In this document: positions 52,994 to 64,000 of the stretch, in pieces | Layout: every line of letters starts with the position of its first letter | How positions within the stretch are numbered: the first letter of the stretch is position 1 | Source: Felis catus | Taxonomy: Eukaryota | DNA length: 64,000 bases | Assembly: GCF_018350175.1 (NCBI RefSeq) | Contig: NC_058382.1 | Location: 54,376,001 to 54,440,000, forward strand | Direction: 5' to 3' | Program-made: the position numbers and the translations under genes | Notes under the pieces: model-generated | The model's input: the letters and a program-made list of their open reading frames with translations, nothing else | Told to the model about the DNA's origin: nothing | The model's database searches: none

Positions 52994-53569
52994 TATTGGC
53001 TAAGAATTTTCAGTACTTAAAAAAATCATAACTCTTTATTTCAGAAATTTGTTCTAAGATTAGAAGAGGATAAATAAAAATAAATTCACAATTTAAAGCA
53101 TGCTAAGACTGTGGAAGTGAAAAGGCAACAAGAAAACCTTAAAAACTTGTGGAGGGAGCAGGGGGTTAGGTATTTGGCAAAAGAAGGTCAACAAAATTAC
53201 CTGTAAATAGACAATAATTAGATTGATGGGACTTTTTGACAGCAACAGAAGTCTGATGGGATATCCTCAAAGTTTTGTGAAAAAAATAACTTCGAATCTA
53301 GAAAAATCTATCCACCTGAACTACCATTCAGAGTAAGGGGGATAAAGGATAATTTTTGATAAACAAAGATGGAAAGAACTTAGCACTAACAAACCCCCAC
53401 TGAAAGACTTAACTAAAGGCTGTAGGACATTTACAAAGTAGGAAATTGAACTCAGAAGGAAGTAGAGAGATGCAAGAAATGATGGTAAGTAGAGAAACTG
53501 GCAAGCACATCAATAAACCTAAGAGTAATAACAACAAAAACCACAAATGTTGGGGGAATAAAACAAAAT

Positions 53570-54270
53570 GGTGGCATATTACTTAGCAATAAAGAGGAAT
53601 GAACTATTGATACACTCAACAACACGGAGAGATCTCAGGTACACTATGCTATGTGAAAAGAGCCAATTTCAGAAGGTCTCATGCTGTATGATCCCATTTA
53701 TATGACGTTCTCAAAGCAAGACAGTTATTGAGATAGAGAACAGATTGGTGGTTGCTGGTGAAAGAGGAGGGGTGACAGTAAGACTAAAGGGAGTATCACA
53801 AGGGAGATCTTTACGATGGTGGGTCAGTTCCGTATCTTGATTGTGGTGCTGGTCACACAAATCTACACACATGAGAAAACGACCCAGAACTGCAAACAGA
53901 CATTGAACCAGTGTCAACTTCCTCTTTTTGATATCGCACTATAGTTACATAAGATGTAACTTTTAGGGGCGCCTGGGTGGCTCAGTCAGTTAAGCATCTG
54001 ACTTCGGCTCAGGTCGTGATCTCGCAGTTCGTGGGTTTGAGGCCCATGTCAGGCTCCTGGCTCAGAGCCTGGAGCCTCCTTCGGATTCTGTTTCCCTCTC
54101 CTGCTCATACTCTGTCTCTCTCTCTCAAAAACAAATAAACATTAAAAAATTAACGATAAAAAAAGATGTAACTTTTAGAGGGAACGGGTGGGCGATACAG
54201 GGATCTCTCTGTACTATCTTTGCAACTTCCTGTGAATCTGTAAGTATTTCAAAAAGTGTTAAAAAAAAAA
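53570..54270 (+). mobile_element. L1M 3'UTR
   Basis: gatctctctgtactatctttgcaacttcctgtgaatct. Confidence 0.82.
53966..54160 (+). mobile_element. SINEC
   Basis: TSD aagatgtaacttttag. Confidence 0.95.
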
Positions 54271-55250
54271 GTAAGAGGGAGCCACTAAATAATAAAAATT
54301 TGGAAGATGACAGGGGAGATCAGAATAAACCATTTTAAGGTCTTCCTAAGTTCGGGAAGAGGACGAAGACATTCATTAACTTTAAACCTCAGTCAAATAT
54401 GTCATGAAAAATTTAAGGAAGACGCTAAAAAAAATAGAAAAAGAAAGTATAGTTTGTAAACGAGACAACGATGGGGGAATGATAATAAGGAAAATAATTC
54501 AGGAGAAGCAGTGAAAGGAAAAGGAAAAAGAGTAAAGTGGCTTGCTAAAACATATATTCAAAAAAACTATAACTCTAATACTAGTAATAATGAGTCTGAA
54601 AACATTTTAAAAAGTAATCCAATCCATAATAATAACAAAAGAATTACAGTATCTGTGAAGCATCTAAATGAAAATTATGTGTGGCCTATGAAGAAAGCTA
54701 CAAATATTTATCTGGTAAGTTCTGTTAATAGTTATCCAGCCTTGAGAGATAAGGAAAGAAGACTGAGTTCCAGATTTGTCCATGAACAGCATGTGCTTGA
54801 TAAGGAAGCAAAAGTAACCATCTTGGGCTGGTCTGCAAGCCCTCACTTTTCAGAATGCTGTAGTAGTTTCTAATGTATCGAACGTTGACTAACTGACTAA
54901 AATAAAGGATATAAGCCAGTAAGTGCTCTCAGAAAGCCGTATGAGGAGGAAGCAGTCTGTACACGTTAATTCCCTTTTGCGATGTCACAGGCCCAAGGCC
55001 ACTGGTGAGTCGAGAGCTCCTACTTCTCCCTGCAGCAGGTGTCAGTTCTGATACGGTCCATGGCTCCATGAACCCTCACCGTCGCCCCACGCAGAAGATA
55101 CTACTATTGTTCTCCTAGAAGATACCTGCTGTTACTTGCAAGTGAGGAAACTGAGGCAGAGAGCGAGGTTACACAACCTGCCTGAGGTTTTTGGGTTTTG
55201 AACTTGAGAAGGCTGGCTCCAGTGCCCATGCTCTAAATGCCTCTGCAATC

Positions 55251-55479
55251 TTTTATTTTTTTTTTTAATTTTTTTTAACGTTTATTTATTTTTGAGACAG
55301 AGAGAGACAGAGCATGAATGGGGGAGGGTCAGAGAGAGAGGGAGACACAGAATCCGAAACAGGCTCCAGGCTCCGAGCAGTCCACACAGAGCCCGACGCG
55401 GGCCTAGAACTCACATACCGCAAGATCACGACCTGAGCGGAAGTCGGACGCTTAACCGACTGAGCCACCCAGGCGCCCC
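55251..55479 (-). mobile_element. Young felid SINEC
   Basis: Reverse SINE; TSD tgcaatct. Confidence 0.95.
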
Positions 55480-56442
55480 TGCAATCTAACTTTTAAATAA
55501 AAGTGGGAGGATAAATCTGGCTGGTGAAGAAAATACCAGTGGAGTCAGACCAGCCCTAACCGCTATCTCAAGGTACAATAAACAGTGTGATATCACATGA
55601 AAATAGACAAAGGGAATTGGTAGAACAGAACCAATAACTGAGAGATGGGATCTACCACGTACATCAATTTAATTAAAGGTGTACCTAAAATCAGATCTAG
55701 TGATTTTAATAAATTGTGTTAGCACAAGGAACTGACAACTGCAAGAGGAATGTAAAGATTCACTCCAAGAATTTCTCTTTGCCGCACACAGAAATCCCAG
55801 CTGGAATAAAGAGTTAAAGGAAACAAGACTGTATCATTAAAAAAAAGAGAACAAGTATTATTAAACATTTATCAACCTCTTGAGGTAGGAGGAATGCTTA
55901 TGTGATAAATCACAAAGGGAATCAGCAACTGAGTTGATAACATAAAAATGTAAATTTTCTATTAACTGAATAAAAACTCAGAAAGAAAATTCAGAGATAA
56001 AGGCAAACAAAAAAATTACAACAAACATAATTCAGAATCATACAGAACACAACTGTACTATTATGTCATGGTGCTTTAGATTTGAAGGATTGGTTGGCAT
56101 CTTTAAAACAGAAAGAATTTTCAGAAATCAAAGAGCAAAATACTCAAACCCCAGAAGAAAAATTGACATATGCAGGAAATCTACAGAAGAGACACTAAAG
56201 GTCAAAAAAGTTATTTTTAATTCCGTAAGAGATGCAAATGAAAACAACAGGTTGTTTTACATTTCCCCTTGCTGACAAAGATTGCTTTTTAATAATGGTA
56301 GTAAGATTATAATATAGATATAAACTCAGGCAAGCTTTCCATAATGCAATTTAGCAAAAACAGTACAGTTACATTGTGTGTGATTTTGAATTAGGTAAGT
56401 TAAAGAGCAGGATATAAACACCTTAAGAAAATTGTACTTTAT

Positions 56443-56568
56443 CAGCACTGGATGTTGTATGTAAGTGATGAATCACTGAATTGTATATTGCACTGAAACC
56501 TGAAACCAATATTGCAGTGTATGTTGGCTAACTAAAATTTAAATGAAAAATTTAAAAAAACTAATTTA
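56443..56568 (+). mobile_element. Very short carnivore L1 3' end
   Basis: cagcactggatgttgtatgtaagtgatgaatcact; TSD aaaattgtactttat / aaaagtgtactttat. Confidence 0.85.
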
Positions 56569-56674
56569 AAAAGTGTACTTTATGTGCAAAATTTGAAATA
56601 ATACAAAGCCCAGCATTTTCAGTTCTTGAAAAACAGCAATATTACAGAGCTTTCCAACCAAGTGAATTGTCAAC

Positions 56675-56930
56675 AGTGAAATAGCATGGCACTTAGGACT
56701 GGGGACTCCAGAGCCAGGCTGTGTGTGTTTTAATCCTGCTGTTTACAAGCGACACCATTTACAAGCTCTGTAACCTGGACAAGTTGCTTTACCTACTTGT
56801 GTCTTGGCTTCTTCATCTATGAAGTGGGAATCATAATAATCACCATCTTATACGATGTCACGAGTATTAAATGAGTTAATATATTTAAAGTACTTAGAAC
56901 ACAGCCTGGCATGTATATTATATAGTGTTT
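56675..56930 (+). mobile_element. MIR
   Basis: gagtattaaatgagttaatatatttaaagtacttagaacacagcctggca. Confidence 0.85.
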
Positions 56931-57239
56931 GTTTTGACAGTGATGATGGGAAGGATGATGATTAATGTTGCCACATGATGGCACCATGTTAGCAGCAAAC
57001 AAATAGACCCTTTGACTATCGTCTGTCATTATCCTGGGACCCATATTGCTGCTAAATGCTAGAAGTTCTGCAGATGACTTTAGTGGATACTTATTACTTT
57101 ACTATAATACACAGTAAAAATAAGCCTATAATAAAAAGTAATTGTTAAACTTGAATGTTAAACTATTTGTATATTTATAAGAATGTTTGTTAAATAATAA
57201 TACAAATGGTAACCCCAAAAATTTTAAAATGGAAGCTAA

Positions 57240-57446
57240 GGGCACCTGGGTGGCTCAGTCAGTTAAGTGCATGACTTGATTTCAAGTTATGATCTCATGG
57301 TTCATGAGTTTGAGCCCTGCGTTGGGCTCTGTGCTGGCAGTGTGGAGCCTGCTTCGGATTTTCTCTCTCCCTCTCTCTCTCTGCCCCTTCCCTACTCGTT
57401 CTTTCTCTCTCTCTCTCTCTCAAAATAAGTAACTAAACTTAAAAAA
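57240..57446 (+). mobile_element. SINEC
   Basis: Head, CT tract, A tail. Confidence 0.93.
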
Positions 57447-58400
57447 CAAGCCATTATGATATACTACACCTTTTGAAATTCATATCAGAAGAATGCTGAA
57501 AAACAAAGAATCATTAAAGCAAAAATACACCACAACTCTTAATGATTTATGCACACCAAGAATACCCTCTCCCACACACTTTACATTTATTCCAATGGAA
57601 AATTAGTCTTGGATTTGCAAGGTCTTCAGGAACACTCCCGTCACACAAAATGCAACCACCTGGTAAAGGCAGAACCAATAAGCATGCAATGGTCAAGACC
57701 CTTTATGTACTGGCATAAAAACACATAAAGCAATTGCTATAAAATTTTCAAGGAAGAACTGACAAAAAAAAGTAAACTAACAGACTTCCTGTTTTAAATA
57801 AATTAGGTATACCTAGAAAATACCCATTTTTTTTTCAAAAAGAGAATTTGTACAGGCCTGTGTTCTCACCACTCTATCACCAGAAAAGTTTAAACTCTTT
57901 ACAAAATAGCTCCTGGGTCAGGTTGGAAGTAAAATCTATATATTGAGACAATTTAGAAAATAGCTCCAAGCACAACAAATAGCAAATTTCACAGAACGCA
58001 GTCAAAGCTGTATTCATGTGAATATTCATAGTCTTAAATGCTTTCATTGTTAAACAAGAAATGATAAAACATTCAACATATGAAGCTATAAACCTATAGA
58101 AAAAGAAATAAGTGATTACAGTAAGGAGAAACTAATACTTAGAAAATACAGCAGAACTCGTATATCTGAGAACTAATTCTTGGAAATGGCCAATTAAGCA
58201 GAAGATAAAATTTAAACAGAAATGAGAGAGAGAAAATACCAATAGGAAACCTTAAGAATAAAAAAATAAAATTCCTCTCTCAGAAATCTCACTTTTAAGT
58301 GTAGCCCTAAAATTCCAAGTAACATTTAAACAAACCTAACAAAGTGGCATATTAAGAGAATCAGAGCTACAACAAAATGAAGTTTAAGAATGCAAAAATA

Positions 58401-58620
58401 GGGGCGTCTGGGTGGCTCAGTCGGTTGAGCGTCCGACTTCAGCTCAGGTCACGATCTCGCGGTCCATGAGTTCGAGCCCCGCATCAGGCTCTGGGCTGAT
58501 GGCTCAGAGCCTGGAGCCTGCTTCCCATTCTGTGTCTCCCTCTCTCTCTGGCCCTCCCCCGTTCATGCTCTGTCTCTCTCTGTCTCAAAAATAAATAAAT
58601 GTTAAAAAAAATTTTTAAAA
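58401..58620 (+). mobile_element. Young felid SINEC
   Basis: TSD aagaatgcaaaaatag. Confidence 0.96.
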
Positions 58621-58847
58621 AAAGAATGCAAAAATAGTTCCATGTTACTAGGGCTAAATAGCAAAAATTTTGCCCACTTCAATAAAGGTAGAAAAGTATT
58701 TTATAAGGTAGAGCATCTATCCCTGATTAATAAAAAATTTCCCAACAAAATAGGGATTGAAATACACTTCTATAATTTAGCAAAGAATATCCTTATCAAA
58801 TAGTCGGCCACCAAGTAACAGTATACCTATCATTTAAAAAAACGCTA

Positions 58848-59058
58848 GGGTGCCTGGGTGGCTCCTTTGGTTAGGAGTCCAACTTTAGCTCAAGTCATGA
58901 TCTCACAGCTCCTGAGGTCAAGCCTGCATCAGGCTCTCTGCTGTCAGCGTGGGACCCACTTTGGAGCCTCTGTGCCCTCCTGTTTCTGCCCCCACCCACT
59001 TGCACATGTGTGCTCTTTCTCTCTCTCTTTCAAAAATAAATAAACATGTTTTTAAAAA
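58848..59058 (+). mobile_element. SINEC (older)
   Basis: gggtgcctgggtggctc head; aataaa tail. Confidence 0.92.
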
Positions 59059-59549
59059 GATTTAAAAGTGCTAAAGGCAATCTCATTAAGATAGACAAGA
59101 CAAAGAGGTCCATAATCACTTCTGCTATTTAGGATTATGGTAGAAGTTCCACGTACCACTGTAATAACGCAAGAAAAGTAAATGAGGCATTGCCTAAAAA
59201 AGGAGGCAGACTTATCTATATTTGCATACAACACAAATATATACCTTGAAAATGGACCAAAAAATCCATTGTAAAATGACTGAGACTAATAGCAGAGTTT
59301 TCTAAAATGTCTGATTACACTGGTTACTCAAAAGACAATGGCCTGAGGCAGAGTTTCAGTCTGCGACAAGGAACAGTTATGAAGATGGCTAGCAGTGGTG
59401 CTTGGGCAACAATGTAAATACACCTGATTCCACTAAACTACACACTTAAAAATGCTTCAAATGTTAAATTTTACGTTATATTTATTTTACCACATTTAAG
59501 TAAATGGCTTGGATTACTCAGAATGAGACGGCCACTATGCAAGCACTTG

Positions 59550-59784
59550 ATTTTTTTTAATTTTTTAAAAATATTTTTAATGTTTATTTATTTTTGAGAG
59601 AGAAAGAGAGACAGAGCATAAGTGGGGGAGGGGCAGAGATGAGAGAGAGAGACACAGAATCCAAAGCAGACTCCAGGCTCTGAGCTGTCAGCACAGAGCC
59701 CTATGTGGGGCTCAAACCCATGAACCATGAGATCATGACCTGAGCCGAAGTCAAACACTTAACTGACTGAGCCAACCAGACGCC
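59550..59784 (-). mobile_element. SINEC
   Basis: Reverse SINE with poly(T) and GA tract. Confidence 0.93.
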
Positions 59785-60863
59785 AATAATTATTTTTTAA
59801 GTAAATAGCTCGTTTTGAAAAGTTAGTGGGGGAAAAAACATCAACTTACAATCAAGATGAGAGACAGAGAAGGAGGGAAAAAGAGAGGGAGGAACAGAGG
59901 GAGGATGTAGGACTCATATGAGTCTAAAAATGCTATTAAATGGCATCAAAGACAACAGAGTAAGAAAAAAAAAAAAAGCATATCATGCTCCCGGATGAAA
60001 ACATTCAATATTTCAAAGACCTGAAAATTCCCCAAATTAATCTTTAAATGTAATTCAATTCTAGTCAAAATATCAGCAGGATTTCCCTTTCAGAATTTGA
60101 CACAATAATTGCAAGGTTTATCAGGAATAATAAAGGAGTGAGAATAGCCAAGCAGATTTTGAAAATTAGTAATGAGAAAGGAGGAGACGTTCCAGAAATG
60201 CATGATGTATTCTACAATTTCTTTTGCTTCCTAGTCTTCTCCAGAAGACCAGAAGGTCAAGATTCTTCCAACTCACTCACCATTGTCCAGAGAAAGAAAA
60301 GGACATTGCTGCGAGCTGCTGAAAGTTCCTTTAACCCGGTAAACAGCCACCTTCAGTAGAAAGTACTTTTAATACATTCTGTATTTTTTAATTTTAAAAT
60401 ATGACACCACAATTGGAAATAAAATGACTAGCTGTGCTGTATACATTAACTGGAGTATATTAACACAATGCAGTATCATAATATTCTGTGATTTTGACTC
60501 TGAGCTTTAAGGATATTCAAGCACTATCTTCTTGCACAATCTATGAAAATAAGATCCTTCTATAAAAATAAGGAAATTTACTATTGGCTACTGGGAAAAC
60601 ATAATCAGGGACAATTTCTAAAAGGGTGATGGTGATGGGATCAAATAGACCAACAGATTCACAAACAGAATAGAAAAGTACAGAAAGCACCAAGTACAGA
60701 TATGAGGTTAGCATACAGTAAGTGTAGTGGTTTAAGTCCATACGAAAAGGATAAATTATTCGACATTCACCACTGAAGTTACAGACCGATCACTGGTGGG
60801 GAAAATAAGGCTAGTTCTCTAAATCATGGTCTACACTAAAATAAATTCTAAATGGAAAATCAT

Positions 60864-61047
60864 GGCACCTGGGTGGCTCACTCGGTTAAGCACCCGACTC
60901 TTGATTTTGGCTCAGGTCATGATCTCACCATTCGTGAGATCAAGCCTCGCATCAGGTTCTGGGCTGACAGCACAGAGTATGCTTGGGATTCTGTCTCTCT
61001 CTCTTTCTCTCAAAATAAATAAACATTTAAATTGAATAAACATTTAA
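60864..61047 (+). mobile_element. SINEC (internally deleted)
   Basis: Head, short CT tract, tail. Confidence 0.92.
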
Positions 61048-62029
61048 TTCCTCCACACACCTAACAAATGTCTACCGGGTACAAATTTATGAGCTAGACC
61101 ACTGTGAGGACACTAGGACAGAGAAGTAGTCAAGACCCCCAGGGTCCCCACACTCATGGGATTTACAGCCTATGGTATGAGCATACCCCATAGGTATGAG
61201 CCTATGACTTCAGAGTAACTGGTGAAATTTTCTACAGCTAGGTATCAGGGGTCTAGTCCCAGCAACCCCAGGATTAGGTCATGTTTCACTATCCCACCAC
61301 CCACCTTGTGTTTCTTTTGTCTGGTGAACACAGCCACCAGGTGATAACCCTTTGGCTCATTACCCTTCCCTTGGTGATGGTTTCCCACACACCTTTGGGA
61401 AATAATGGGTGGGGTGTAATCAAGCACTAGGATGTTAAAAACCCAGTTTCTATGGCATTTCAGGCCAGATGCTGAAGACAGACAGCCGAAAGCTCACAAG
61501 AAGGTGGAGGGAAGGGATGTCCCAGAATTAGGGACAAAGGTAGCGACAACAAGGTAATGTATCTTGTCACCCTTGATAATGTTTTCTCCATTGGGTTCAG
61601 AATCAGAGGAAAAAAGAGAAATGCAGCTTAAAAATATATACATGAGTCCCTCTCCCTCTCTCCCTTCCTCTCTCTCTCTCTCTCTCTCTCTCTCCCCAAT
61701 AATTGGACTGGGATGTTATCTAACAGGTAGGGTGTGAGGTGTGGCATGTGGGCAATAAAACTTCTCTGACTCTGCCTTCCAGTTGGTTCTCCCCTAATTG
61801 ACATGGAAACCATAATGCAGACATCAAAGGTTGAGCTGCACAACTGGTTATTTAATTACCATTGTGATGATGCCAGAGAAGTGAAGGGTCAGGGAGTTCA
61901 CAGAACCGGGGCCCTGACCTAATCTCAGGGATCAGGTGAGGCTTCCCTGAGGACGTTCAAGAACTCTGAGCTGGGAGCAGGAATGAAACAGGCAGGGTGA
62001 CTCGGGTGAGGGAAGCATGTGCTGAGACA

Positions 62030-62345
62030 GTAGCAAAGCAGATGGCCCTCCCCACTGTGTGTGGGCACCACCCAATCCATTAAGGGCCTGAATAGAACAA
62101 AAAGGTGGAGGAAGGTGGGATTCACTCTCTGCCTGACTGCTTACGCTGAAACATCCATCTTCTCCTGCTTCAGTGCTCCTCATTCTCAGACCTTTGGATC
62201 GGGACTTGAACCTATACCCTCGGTTCTCTGACTCTCAGGCATTCGGACTACACCACCAGCTTTCCTGGCTCTCCAGCTAGCAGACGGCAGGTTGTGGGAC
62301 TTCTCTGTCTCCCTAAGTGTGAGCTAATATCTTAAGATAACTCTC
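62030..62345 (+). mobile_element. MLT2-type (ERVL) LTR fragment
   Basis: agggcctgaatagaacaaaaagg; ggactacaccaccagctttcctgg; tgtgggacttctc. Confidence 0.85.
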
Positions 62346-62399
62346 TTTCTTCGCTTTTTTACTATAAGCAACATTGACTAATCCAAATTTCTATCTCAG

Positions 62400-62963
62400 T
62401 CAGAATACCATAGGCTGGACGGCTTAAACAACAAAAATCAATTTCGTACAGTTTTGGAGGATGGTTAGTCCAAGATCGAGGTGCAGGCAGACCCACTGTC
62501 TGGTGAGGGCGTTCCTGCTTCCGTGCAGACAAGATTCACCTTGAATCCTCAAAAGGTGGAGAGCAGAAAGAGATCATCTCTCTGATATCTCTTCTTTTTT
62601 TTTTTTATGTTTATTCATTTTTCAAAGAGAGTATGAGCAGGGAAGGGACAAAGAGAGGGGGCCAGGAGGGACAGAGGATCTGAATCGGGCTCTGCTCTGA
62701 AAGCAGAGAGCCCGATGTGGGTCTTGAACTCACAAACTGTGAGATCATGACCTGAGCTGAAGTCGGATGCTCAACCAACTGAACCACCTAGACGTCCCGC
62801 ATATCTCTTCTTAAAAGGACACTAATCCTATTCGTGAATGTCCACCCCCATGACCTAATTACCTCCCTGAATATCCAACCTCCAAACACCGTAACATTGG
62901 GGGGTAGGCTTCAGCATATGAATTTGAAAGGGGTTGGGGGACACAAACATTCAGGCCATCACA
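62400..62963 (-). mobile_element. MaLR LTR (MLT1A-like) split by a SINE
   Basis: ggcttaaacaac...agtccaagatc; catgacctaattacctccc; acacaaacattcag. Confidence 0.82.
62595..62798 (-). mobile_element. SINEC nested in a MaLR LTR
   Basis: TSD atatctcttctt. Confidence 0.93.
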
Positions 62964-63830
62964 CACACCTCGTTACTTTTATTACATCTAGTTTCATTTT
63001 TCACCATCTGACACCATGCTGTTTCTCTCTCACACTTGAATCTGTACCTGTAAAATTGCAAATAGTGTTTTAAACATTCCAAAAGTAATATTATATTTTA
63101 TCAAATTAAGAACAGTAATGTATCTGGAGTAAAATACACGCTTGTATAACAAGGGATGTTCTACAGAAATGGGCTTTTCTGGACCATGACCCCATTCCAA
63201 TTCAAAGTCTGGTATCTGAGGAAAAAAGGTGATTTGTTAATTTCATTTCAAAACTCTATTTCAATTGTGCTCAAAATGTCCTATTCTCATCAATTCAGAG
63301 GGGGAAAATGCAAATGATTACTAAATATAAAAAAATGCTTGGCACTCAACTAATCAAAGAAATGTGAATTGAAATGTATCTTTTCCACCTATAAAATGTG
63401 CAAATGCTTTTTAAATGCCAATCCTGGATATTGGCAAAGGTGAGATACAACTCCTATCACACTGCTCATGGTAGCACAAACTGAAAAATGTTTTGGCAAA
63501 ATAGAGCAAGAGCCTTCAAAATAGTTACATCCTTTGACCTCCTAAATTCTCTGCTAGAAATCTATTGTAGAAATAACGTGATCAAAGATTTATGTACAAA
63601 AAAATTCAAAGCAGTGATATAATAACAAAAGACTGTCAACATGCTGCAATTGATAGTCTCGTCATGGTTTTCAAGCTGTGATCAGTAGAGCCTTAGCATT
63701 GAACACACGAGGAACTACTGGGGCCAGAAAGTGGCCACGTTGTTAGGACGTTGAGTTCAATATTTCTGAGTCAAACAGTTCTGCTTTTATCTGTTCTACA
63801 TAGTGAGTTTCAGTCAAGAGTCACTTTTTC

Positions 63831-64000
63831 GGGGGGCACCTGGGTGGCTCAGTCAATTGAGCGTCCGACCTGGGCTCAGGTCATGATCTCGCGGTTTGTG
63901 AGTTCGAGCCCTGTGTCGGGTTCAGTGCTGACAGTTCAGAGACTGGAGCCCGCTTCAGATTCTGTGTCTCCCTCCCTCTCTCTCCCTCTACTCTGTCTCT
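63831..64000 (+). mobile_element. SINEC, cut off by the window end
   Basis: Head and CT tract. Confidence 0.94.

Noticed and set aside
1..64000. A novel multi-gene biological system
   Set aside because: No intact genes or organised array can be supported; the content is typical repeat-rich carnivore non-coding DNA.

Overview
Mammalian nuclear DNA, almost certainly a cat or close feliform relative. The evidence is about 32 tRNA-derived carnivore SINEs (several young, felid-like, with intact target-site duplications) plus carnivore-type L1 3' ends. The window is repeat-dense and non-coding: SINEs, L1 and HAL1-like remnants, L2, MIR, MaLR/ERVL LTRs, hAT MITEs and microsatellites. The only recognisable gene-derived sequence is a frameshifted, intronless, poly(A)-tailed TRMT112 processed pseudogene (44276-44652) nested in an old L1. 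I recognise no functional exon; the listed ORFs are repeat-derived or look like chance frames. I found no convincing novel biological system. The points of interest are structural: double L1 3' ends inside one TSD, an unexplained GC-rich insert in L1 ORF1, palindromic templated repeats, inverted young SINEs around the retrocopy, a strand bias of retroelements and a CTCF-like motif. Repeat family names are recalled from memory of consensus sequences, and boundaries are approximate unless a TSD is quoted.
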